NCBI GenBank assembly: GCA_031431395.1
Contig: JANPDJ010000001.1
Coordinates: 1-60,721, forward strand
DNA: 60,721 nucleotides
DNA from: Chloroflexota bacterium
GTDB taxonomy: Bacteria; Chloroflexota; Limnocylindria; Limnocylindrales; CSP1-4
Reading direction: 5' to 3'
Shown: positions 44,015-51,987 of the stretch, one piece after another
Position numbering within the stretch: position 1 is the stretch's first letter
Layout of the letters: every line of letters begins with the position of its first letter
Program-made: the position numbers and the translations under genes
Notes under the pieces: model-generated
What the model was told of the DNA's origin: nothing
Databases searched by the model: none
What the model saw: the letters and a program-made list of their open reading frames with translations, nothing else

Positions 44015-45964
44015 ATGGAGACCCTGATCCCGCTCATTCCGGCCCTGCCCCTGGCCGGGTTCGTCTTCACCGGGCTGTTCGGCCGGCGGCTGGGCAAGCG
44101 CGCCTCACTCGTGCCCGTGCTTGCGGTCGTGGCCTCCTGGATGATCGCCATGGTGGTCGTCTACAACGCGCTCACCGGCTCGGGCGCCTTCGCGGGCGGC
44201 CAGGGCGTGGAGGTCCACCTCTGGAACTGGATCCCGGCGGGCGCGTTCCAGGTCCAGTTCGGCTTCTACGCGGACAACCTCACGGCCTGCCTCCTGATCG
44301 TGGTCACCACGATCGGCATGCTCGTGCACGTCTACTCGCTCGGATACATGAGCCACGACCCCGGGTACTGGCGCTTCTTCGCCTACCTGAACCTGTTCAT
44401 GTTCTCGATGCTGCTCCTGGTCCTCGCGGACAACTTCCTGCTCGTATTCGCGGGCTGGGAGCTGGTGGGCCTGTCCAGCTACCTGCTCATCGGGTTCTGG
44501 TACCGCAGGCGGTCGGCCGCCCTTGCCGCCAAGAAGGCCTTCATCGTGAACCGCGTCGGAGACGTGGGGTTCGCCCTGGGGATCATGGCGATCTTCGTGT
44601 CGCTGGGCACGCTCAACATCCGCGAAGTCATCGAGCGGATCGGCACCCTCGACCACACTCAGATCACGGTGATCGCCCTGCTGCTCTTCGCGGGCGCCAT
44701 GGGCAAGAGCGCCCAGTTCCCGCTCCACGTGTGGCTCCCGGACGCGATGGAGGGCCCCACGCCCGTGTCCGCCCTGATCCACGCGGCGACGATGGTCAAC
44801 GCGGGCGTCTACCTGGTGGCCCGGGCGAACCCGATCTTCGCCCACGCGCCGGAGGCGATGGTGGTGGTCGCGGCCGTCGGCATCTTCACCGCAATCCTGG
44901 CCGCGTCCATCGCGTTCACCCAGACCGACATCAAGCGTGTGCTCGCGTACTCCACGCTGAGCCAGCTGGGCTACATGTTCGCCGCGCTCGGCGTGGGAGC
45001 ATGGACGGCGGCCATCTTCCATCTCATGTCGCACGGCTTCTTCAAGGGCCTGCTGTTCCTTGATTCGGGCTCGGTGATCCACGCCGTGGACGGGGAACAG
45101 GACATGCGCCGGATGGGTGGACTGCGCCGCCGGATCCCCATCACGTACGCGACGATGTTCATCGGGTCCGTGGCCATCTCCGGCATCCCACCCCTCGCCG
45201 GTTTCTTCAGCAAGGACGAGATCCTGGGCGAGGCCTTCAAGAACGGCTTCCTGTGGGTCTGGGCCATCGGCCTCCTCGTGGCTGGCATGACGGCGTTCTA
45301 CATGTTCCGGCTCATGGGCCTCACGTTCTGGGGCAAGAGCCGCGTGGACCCGGCCGTCGAGCCGCACATTCATGAGTCACCGCGATCCATGACCCTGCCG
45401 CTGCTCGTCCTGGCCGTCCCGAGCGTCCTCCTCGGCCTGGCGATCGGCTGGCCCCTCGGGAGCGGCCAGCTCCGCACCTGGCTCGAGCCCGTGTTCCACG
45501 AAGCGGTGGAGCTCGCGGCGCGCCCGGAAGCCGCGTATGCCTTCTTCGGGGTTGACGGCGCCCTCCTGATCACGAGCGTCGCCGTGGCCACCCTGGGAAT
45601 CATCGGCGCGTGGGCGCTCTTCGGACTCGAGCTCCCGGGCATCCGGCGCGCCGGCAACCCGGATCGCGTCCGCAGCCTCGCGGGCCGGATGCCGTTCCTG
45701 TACCGCGCGTCGCTCAACAAATGGTGGTTCGACGAGCTCTACGACCTCCTGTTCATCCGCATCGGCGGCCGGATCGCGGCCTTCCTCTGGTGGTTCGACC
45801 GGGCGGTGGTGGACGGAACGGTGAACGGCGTGGGGGCGCTCACCGCGGACGCCGGGCGCGGCCTGCGGCGCTTCCAGACCGGCCACGTGCAGAACTACGC
45901 CCTCGGCATCGCGATCGGCCTGATCGTCATGGCGGGCGGCTATCTCGTGATTGCGGGGCGGTAG
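44015..45964 (+). CDS. nuoL: NADH-quinone oxidoreductase subunit L
   Basis: FAGWELVGLSSYLLIGFW, GKSAQFPLHVWLPDAMEGPTPVSALIHAATMV, and a C-terminal lateral-helix region. Confidence 0.95.
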   Translation: METLIPLIPALPLAGFVFTGLFGRRLGKRASLVPVLAVVASWMIAMVVVYNALTGSGAFAGGQGVEVHLWNWIPAGAFQVQFGFYADNLTACLLIVVTTIGMLVHVYSLGYMSHDPGYWRFFAYLNLFMFSMLLLVLADNFLLVFAGWELVGLSSYLLIGFWYRRRSAALAAKKAFIVNRVGDVGFALGIMAIFVSLGTLNIREVIERIGTLDHTQITVIALLLFAGAMGKSAQFPLHVWLPDAMEGPTPVSALIHAATMVNAGVYLVARANPIFAHAPEAMVVVAAVGIFTAILAASIAFTQTDIKRVLAYSTLSQLGYMFAALGVGAWTAAIFHLMSHGFFKGLLFLDSGSVIHAVDGEQDMRRMGGLRRRIPITYATMFIGSVAISGIPPLAGFFSKDEILGEAFKNGFLWVWAIGLLVAGMTAFYMFRLMGLTFWGKSRVDPAVEPHIHESPRSMTLPLLVLAVPSVLLGLAIGWPLGSGQLRTWLEPVFHEAVELAARPEAAYAFFGVDGALLITSVAVATLGIIGAWALFGLELPGIRRAGNPDRVRSLAGRMPFLYRASLNKWWFDELYDLLFIRIGGRIAAFLWWFDRAVVDGTVNGVGALTADAGRGLRRFQTGHVQNYALGIAIGLIVMAGGYLVIAGR

Positions 45965-45967
45965 GCA

Positions 45968-47506
45968 ATGGACATCACCGGCCTGCCGATCCTGACGCTG
46001 ATCACCTTCGCGCCGCTGGTGGGGGCGATCCTCATCGCGTTCATCCCGCGAAGCAGCGCCGGCCTGGTCCGGGCAACGGCACTGGGGACGAGCCTTGTGT
46101 CGTGGGCGCTGTCGCTGTTCCTGCTCGTTGGTTTCCTGCCCTCGCACCCGAACTTCCAGTTCGTGGAGCGGGCGGACTGGATCTCCGCATTCGGGATCCA
46201 GTACAAGCTTGGCGTTGACGGCCTCTCGCTCGTCATGGTGGTTCTGACCACCACGCTCACGTGGATCTCGATCCTCGCCAGCTTCGGGCCGATCAAGGAA
46301 CGGGTGAAGGAGTACATGATCTCCTTCCTCATCCTCGAGGTCGGCATGCTCGGCGTGTTCGTTGCCCTCGACCTGTTCCTCTTCTACATCTTCTTCGAGA
46401 TCGTTCTCGTGCCGATGTACCTGATCATCGGCATCTGGGGCGGGGCAAACCGCATCTACGCGACGATCAAGTTCGTCCTGTACACGCTGGTGGGCTCTCT
46501 GCTGATGCTGGTGGGCATCCTGGCCACCGCATTCGCCTTCCAGGCGGCGCACGGGGGCAACTGGGCGGGAGCCTTCGACTACGAGACGCTGCGCCAGTTC
46601 AGCTTCGACAGCACCCTGCAGTTGTTCGCATTCCTCGCCTTCTTCCTGGCGTTTGCGATCAAGATCCCGATGTTCCCGTTCCACACGTGGCTGCCCGACG
46701 CCCACGTGGAGGCTCCCACCGCCGGCTCCGTGATCCTGGCGGGGGTTCTCCTCAAGCTGGGTGGATACGGGTTCATCCGTTTCGCGGTTCCGCTCTTCCC
46801 CGAGGCCGCCCATACCTACGCGCCGGCGATCATCCTGCTGAGCGTCATCGCGATCATCTACGGGGCCATCGTGGCTCTCGTCCAACCAGACCTGAAGAAG
46901 CTGGTGGCCTATTCATCGGTCAGCCACATGGGCTTCGTGACGCTGGGCATCTTCGTGTTCCAGGAGCAGGGACTCCAGGGCGCGATCCTGCAGATGGTCA
47001 ACCACGGGCTGATCACGGGCGCGCTGTTCCTCCTCGTCGGGGTGCTCTACGAGCGGACCCACGACCGGACGATTGCGAAGATGGGCGGGCTTTCGGCGCA
47101 GATGCCCGTCTATGCCGTCGCCTTCGGGTTCTTCATGCTGGCCTCGGCCGGGTTGCCCGGGCTCTCCGGCTTCATCGGCGAGTTCCTCGTCTTCGTGGGC
47201 TCCTTCGCGTATTCCCCGGCCGTCGCGGCAGCGTCAACGATCGTGATGGTCTTTGCCGCCGGGTACCTGCTCTGGATGTTCCAGCGGATGTTCTTCGGCG
47301 AACTGTCTGACTTCTTCAAGAACGCCATCGGCCACCTCGACGACCTGCGGCCGACGGAAGTGCTGACGCTGGTCCCGCTCGGCGTGCTGGTTGTCGTCTT
47401 CGGCCTGTTCCCGGGCCTCCTTCTCACGCTTGTCCAGGGCACGGTCACGGAGGTGCTCCACGGCGCCGCACAGGCGAGCGCCATCAACCTGGCGTTCTGG
47501 CAGTAG
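45968..47506 (+). CDS. nuoM: NADH-quinone oxidoreductase subunit M
   Basis: FYIFFEIVLVPMYLIIGIWGG, KIPMFPFHTWLPDAHVEAPTAGSVILAGVLLK. Confidence 0.95.
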   Translation: MDITGLPILTLITFAPLVGAILIAFIPRSSAGLVRATALGTSLVSWALSLFLLVGFLPSHPNFQFVERADWISAFGIQYKLGVDGLSLVMVVLTTTLTWISILASFGPIKERVKEYMISFLILEVGMLGVFVALDLFLFYIFFEIVLVPMYLIIGIWGGANRIYATIKFVLYTLVGSLLMLVGILATAFAFQAAHGGNWAGAFDYETLRQFSFDSTLQLFAFLAFFLAFAIKIPMFPFHTWLPDAHVEAPTAGSVILAGVLLKLGGYGFIRFAVPLFPEAAHTYAPAIILLSVIAIIYGAIVALVQPDLKKLVAYSSVSHMGFVTLGIFVFQEQGLQGAILQMVNHGLITGALFLLVGVLYERTHDRTIAKMGGLSAQMPVYAVAFGFFMLASAGLPGLSGFIGEFLVFVGSFAYSPAVAAASTIVMVFAAGYLLWMFQRMFFGELSDFFKNAIGHLDDLRPTEVLTLVPLGVLVVVFGLFPGLLLTLVQGTVTEVLHGAAQASAINLAFWQ

Positions 47507-47514
47507 GGGCGGGC

Positions 47515-48978
47515 GTGAGCGCGGCTGATTTCTCCACCATTTCGCCCGTCGTCGCGGCCGTTCTTGTCGCGGCCGCGATTCTTCTCGTCGACATCGTGCG
47601 GCCGGGTTCGCGCACCCTGGCCATCGCCACGTCGCTCCTGGGTCTCGCGATCGTCGCGGCGGTCGTCCTCTGGGCGGGCCAGTCCACGGCCGACGCGTTC
47701 GACGGGGCCTACCGGCAGGACGCGCTGACCACCTTCCTCGACCTGCTGTTCGTGGCGATCGTGGCGTTCACGATCGTCTTCGCCCCGGACTACCTGGAGT
47801 CGCGCGATCTGCCCTTCGCGGAGTTCGCGGCGGTCCTCGTGTTCGCCATGACGGGCGCGATGCTCCTCGCGGCAGCGTCCGACCTCCTGGTGCTCTTCCT
47901 GGGCCTCGAGTTGATGGTCATCCCGGGCTATCTCCTTGCCGGATTCGCCAAGCGGGACGCACTCTCGACTGAAGGCGCCATCAAGTACTTCCTCCTCGGG
48001 TCGTTCTCGTCGGCCATCTTCCTGTTCGGCCTTGTGTTCACCTGGGGGCTGACGGGCTCCACCCGGATCGATGACGTTGCCCGGCATCTCACGGACATGC
48101 TCTCGGGCGGAGCCTCGATGTCGGCCGGGCTCGCGATGGGCCTGGCGTTCATGACCACGGGCGTCGCCTTCAAGATCGCGGCCGTGCCGTTCCACTACTG
48201 GACGCCGGACGCGTACCAGGGCTCACCGACACCCATCACCGGCTACCTCTCCGTGGGCCCGAAAGTGGGCGCATTCGCCCTCATCCTGCGGCTGTTCATC
48301 GGGGCGCTGGATCCGCTGAAGACCGACTGGTTGCCGGTCATGGAGATCCTCGCCGCGCTCACGATGACCATGGGCAACCTGGTCGCCCTGACACAGAGCA
48401 ACGTCAAGCGGATGCTGGCGTACTCGTCGATCGCGCACACCGGCTACATCCTCGTCGGTCTGGCTGCGTATGCCGCCGGCCGGATCGAGGGCCTGGAGGG
48501 CGTGCTGTTCTACGCCGCGGCCTACACGTTCATGAACCTGGGGGCGTTCGCCGTTGTCGCGGCGCTGCAGCGGCGGCCCGGCGTCACGTCGCACCTGGAC
48601 ACGTTCGCAGGACTCGGCCGCCGCGAGCCCATCCTCGGCGTTCTGATGACGCTGTTCCTGCTGTCACTCACGGGGATACCGCCGCTGGCCGGCTTCTTCG
48701 GCAAGGCCTACGTCATCCTGGCGGCTGTCCAGGCGGGCGGCACGCTGACGATCCTTGCGGTCATCGCCGTCCTCAACGCGGCGGCGGCGGCCTTCTACTA
48801 CCTGCGCGTCGTCGTCTACATGTACATGCGCGAGCCCACGTCGGAAGCCGAGCCGCCGAAGCACGGATCCCTCGTCTGGGCGGGCCTCTGGGCGGCCAGC
48901 GCGCTGACGATCGCGATCGGTGTGTTCCCGGGACCGCTGCTCGACGCCGTCCACCACGCGGCACTCGCCCTGCCGTAG
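47515..48978 (+). CDS. nuoN: NADH-quinone oxidoreductase subunit N
   Basis: FLGLELMVIPGY, FKIAAVPFHYWTPDAYQGSPTPITGYLS, KRMLAYSSIAHTGY. GTG start. Confidence 0.93.
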   Translation: MSAADFSTISPVVAAVLVAAAILLVDIVRPGSRTLAIATSLLGLAIVAAVVLWAGQSTADAFDGAYRQDALTTFLDLLFVAIVAFTIVFAPDYLESRDLPFAEFAAVLVFAMTGAMLLAAASDLLVLFLGLELMVIPGYLLAGFAKRDALSTEGAIKYFLLGSFSSAIFLFGLVFTWGLTGSTRIDDVARHLTDMLSGGASMSAGLAMGLAFMTTGVAFKIAAVPFHYWTPDAYQGSPTPITGYLSVGPKVGAFALILRLFIGALDPLKTDWLPVMEILAALTMTMGNLVALTQSNVKRMLAYSSIAHTGYILVGLAAYAAGRIEGLEGVLFYAAAYTFMNLGAFAVVAALQRRPGVTSHLDTFAGLGRREPILGVLMTLFLLSLTGIPPLAGFFGKAYVILAAVQAGGTLTILAVIAVLNAAAAAFYYLRVVVYMYMREPTSEAEPPKHGSLVWAGLWAASALTIAIGVFPGPLLDAVHHAALALP

Positions 48979-48983
48979 GGCGC

Positions 48984-49050
48984 GGCCGACTCGCACGCGG
49001 CCGGCTGTCAGGCCGACTCGCACGCGGCCCGCTCGCACGCGGCCCGCTCG
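48984..49050. repeat. Short degenerate direct repeats (GGCCGACTCGCACGCGGCC twice; CGCTCGCACGCGGCC-like units)
   Basis: Identical 19-mers at 48984-49002 and 49011-49029, followed by two shorter related units. Located in the convergent intergenic region after nuoN. Confidence 0.7.
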
Positions 49051-49051
49051 C

Positions 49052-49075
49052 GGCCCGGGCCGCGCCGCCCGGGCC
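49052..49075. terminator. GC hairpin (9-bp perfect stem, 6-nt loop) between the convergent genes nuoN and the TlpA-like gene
   Basis: GGCCCGGGC-CGCGCC-GCCCGGGCC, followed by ATTTC. Confidence 0.45.
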
Positions 49076-49091
49076 ATTTCGCCCGGCGAGT

Positions 49092-49832
49092 TCAGGGCGT
49101 GACGGTCACGCCGGGCAGGATGAGCGCAAGGCTCTGCGCCATCTGATCGGGCCCGATGCCTCCCAGGGCCCCATCCCGGACGATCCCCGTGGCGTCGATC
49201 CAGAAATGGACCGGCAGGGCGACCGCACCCCAGGTCTTCTGCGCGGAACCATCGGTGTCGAGCGCGACCGCGAACGTTGCCCCTGTCTCCCCCACGAAGG
49301 ACTGGACGACCTGGGTGTCCTCACGGATATCCACGGCCAGGACCACCAGGCCGGTCTCCGCGTAGCGCGCCTGGAAGCCGCTCATGACCGGGAACTCGTC
49401 ACGGCAGGGCGGGCAGTAGGTGCCCATGAAGGTGACCCAGACGGGCCTGCCCTTGAGCTTGGCGAGGTCGATCGTGTCGCCGCCGAGAAGCGGCAGCACC
49501 AGCCGGGGCGCGGGCTCGCCGACATGAAACCTGCCGGGGATCGGGGAGCGCGGGGGGAGTGTCGGCCGGGGCGCAGGCGAGGCATCCGAGGGGGCCGCTT
49601 CTGACGGGACGGCCGACCCAGAGGGTGGCGGCGTGGACGACGCCGAACGGGCCGGCGAGGCGGACGGCGCGGCCGAGGCAGACGCACGGGGCGCCGTCGG
49701 CGAGACACGCGCCGTGTCAGTTCCCAGCGGCGGCACCAGATCCGGCCCGTACATGAACAGTGCGACCAGGAGGATCGCCGCGGTCAGGATCCCGCCGAGG
49801 AGGCCGATCACGACAGCGAATCTCGACGACAT
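49092..49832 (-). CDS. Membrane-anchored TlpA/ResA-like thiol:disulfide oxidoreductase
   Basis: N-terminal TM helix (FAVVIGLLGGILTAAILLVALF) and a Pro/Ser/Ala linker. The redoxin domain carries active site TYCPPCRDEFP. Start at an internal ATG of ORF 49092..49889. Confidence 0.8.
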   Translation of the reverse strand: MSSRFAVVIGLLGGILTAAILLVALFMYGPDLVPPLGTDTARVSPTAPRASASAAPSASPARSASSTPPPSGSAVPSEAAPSDASPAPRPTLPPRSPIPGRFHVGEPAPRLVLPLLGGDTIDLAKLKGRPVWVTFMGTYCPPCRDEFPVMSGFQARYAETGLVVLAVDIREDTQVVQSFVGETGATFAVALDTDGSAQKTWGAVALPVHFWIDATGIVRDGALGGIGPDQMAQSLALILPGVTVTP

Positions 49833-50000
49833 GCCCGGGAGCGTAGCAGTGCAGCCCGGCGGGCGATCGCAACCGAGAGGCGATCGCAACCGGCCGGCGA
49901 TGAACGTGGCGCCGTCGACGACCGTGACGCAACCAGGAAGAAACTGGCCCCTGTCGGCGAACGCGACCCTCGAACCCTGCTGGTAGCATGGCGCCGCCTC

Positions 50001-50861
50001 ATGGGATCCCTCGCCAGAATGATCCGCTCTCGGGTGCTCCCCGCGATCCTCGCGGCGCTCGGGGTGTCCTTCATCGCCATCGGCCTGCTCGTCTACACGA
50101 TGGGTCCGGGCGGGGATCTCTTCCCCTACTCGGGAGAGGTCGCCGCCCGTTCGTCTCCCACCGGCGCCGCCGACCCCACCGGCGGCGGGCCCGCGGGCAG
50201 CCCGTCACCTGTTGTCCCGGGGACGGGCGGTCCGTTCCCAACGGTGACGTCCACACCCGGCCCCAGCCCGTCCGCCGCGTCACCCAGTCCCATCCTCTCG
50301 CCGGGTGGTTCCGCGGGTCCGACTGCCGGTGCGACGGGCCCGGCGGCCAGTCCATCCGTAACGGCGAAGCCGGCGAGTGCCCGAGTCGCCACACGGGTCG
50401 TGGTCGCAGCCCTGGGCATCGACCTGCCCGTCGTCCGCCAGCCGGGGGCCACGTCGTACCCGTTGTGCAACGTGGCGATGTACCTCGAGGACCTGCCGCC
50501 ACCGGGTGGCAAGGGCGCGACGTACCTGTACGCCCATGCCCGCGCGGGCATGTTCCTGCCACTCCTCGACCAGAGCGGGATCGACAACGGCCGGGGCATG
50601 CTCGGTATGCTGGTGCAGGTCTACACGAACGACAACCGGTACTTCCTGTACGAGATCACGGAGGTCCGCCGGCACCAGACCGACTCGGCAGACGCGCTGG
50701 CAGACGCGTTCGCCGCGAAGACTCCGCAACTCTGGCTTCAGACATCAGAGGGTCCGCGCGGCACCCCGGGCAAGCTCCAGGTGGTCGCGATGCCTCTGAG
50801 CAGCGGCCCAGCTTCGCCGGCGGATGCCCACCCGACGGCTGCGCCGGTGGTGTGCGGCTGA
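50001..50861 (+). CDS. Sortase-fold protein with TM anchor and P/S/G linker; Ser in place of the catalytic Cys
   Basis: VVVAALGIDLPVV, TYLYAHAR, VQVYTNDNRYFLYEI, and LWLQTSEGP...GKLQVVAMPL where sortases have TLxTC...R.VV. Confidence 0.55.
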   Translation: MGSLARMIRSRVLPAILAALGVSFIAIGLLVYTMGPGGDLFPYSGEVAARSSPTGAADPTGGGPAGSPSPVVPGTGGPFPTVTSTPGPSPSAASPSPILSPGGSAGPTAGATGPAASPSVTAKPASARVATRVVVAALGIDLPVVRQPGATSYPLCNVAMYLEDLPPPGGKGATYLYAHARAGMFLPLLDQSGIDNGRGMLGMLVQVYTNDNRYFLYEITEVRRHQTDSADALADAFAAKTPQLWLQTSEGPRGTPGKLQVVAMPLSSGPASPADAHPTAAPVVCG

Positions 50862-50943
50862 GCCGATCGTGGGCGGGTGACCAGCGGCCGCTGATCCGCG
50901 TTCGGTTTGCCCCTCCGGCGAATTGCTCCTCCGTTGTCCGGCG

Positions 50944-51987
50944 TCAGGTCCAGCCGAGCCGGCGGAAGAACGTGTACAGGCCGGTGGCCGCCGCGACGGT
51001 GATCGCAGCAACAATCCAGAAGCCGGCCGATTCCGCGCCGGCGAACGCGGTGCCCGCCTCGCTCATGCCGAAGATCCCGGCGATCGCGCCGATACCGGCA
51101 AGAATCACGGTGATCCCCGTGAGCCGTTTCATGATGAGCGACAAGTTGTTGTTGACCGTGGAGAGGTAGACCTCCAGGGCGCTGCTCACCAGCTCACGGT
51201 AGCTGTCCAATTCGTCGGTCAGCCGGATGAGGTGGTCATAGACGTCGCGGAAATAGACGATCTCCTCGCGGTCGATGAGCGCGAGGTCGCGGTTTGTCAG
51301 CTGGTTGAAGATCTCGCGGACGGGCGCGACGGCGCGCCGGGCCGTGAGGAGATCCTTCTTCAGCTGGAACAGGCGGGCAAGCACACGCGAATCCGCGTGT
51401 GTGACCACCTCGTCCTCGATCGTGTCGATCTCGTCTCCCATCAGGTCGATGAACGGGAAATAGCTGTCCACGACCGAGTCCACGAGGGCCCAGAGAAGGT
51501 GGTCCGGGCCGTGGCGCATGATGGGCCCGAGTCCCTCGCGAAGGTGGATCGTGGCACGCGGATCCCAGCGCGCCTCGTGGACGGTCAGGAGAACGTTCGG
51601 CCCCAGGACGAGGTCGATTTCGCTGCGGAGCATCTCGCCGCGGTACTCAAGGGCGAACAGGACGATGTGGCACAGCTCGTCCGTGACTTCGATCTTGGCG
51701 CGCTGGTTGCCCTCGAGGATGTCCTCCGCGATCAGGTGATGCAGGTTCAGGAGCCGGGCCACCTCGCTGACCTGATCGGGGGACGGGTCGGTCAGGTCCA
51801 CCCACAGCGTGGTGGCGGGGTCCTGCAACGAAGCCCGGATGTCGCCGAAACCCTGCCACTCCCGGACCTCGTCGTCCTTCCATGCGGCGACGCGGACGAA
51901 CGAAGGCACGGGGGCAGCGACGTGCTGCGGCCGCGCGTCGCGCGTCGTGCGCTCAGTGCCCGAAGGTGAGCCCGGACTCATCGCCAT
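50944..51987 (-). CDS. corA: CorA-family divalent cation channel with GMS in place of GMN
   Basis: LWVDLTDP, LHHLIAEDIL, LTGITVILAGIGAIAGIFGMSE, and two C-terminal TM helices. Start uncertain; ATG 51987 or 51981 would overlap the MFS 3' end. Confidence 0.75.
   Translation of the reverse strand: MAMSPGSPSGTERTTRDARPQHVAAPVPSFVRVAAWKDDEVREWQGFGDIRASLQDPATTLWVDLTDPSPDQVSEVARLLNLHHLIAEDILEGNQRAKIEVTDELCHIVLFALEYRGEMLRSEIDLVLGPNVLLTVHEARWDPRATIHLREGLGPIMRHGPDHLLWALVDSVVDSYFPFIDLMGDEIDTIEDEVVTHADSRVLARLFQLKKDLLTARRAVAPVREIFNQLTNRDLALIDREEIVYFRDVYDHLIRLTDELDSYRELVSSALEVYLSTVNNNLSLIMKRLTGITVILAGIGAIAGIFGMSEAGTAFAGAESAGFWIVAAITVAAATGLYTFFRRLGWT

Noticed and set aside
48984-49050. CRISPR-like array
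   Set aside because: The repeats are 15-19 nt, only two are identical, the gaps are 8 nt or less, and no cas genes are present. This is not a CRISPR array.
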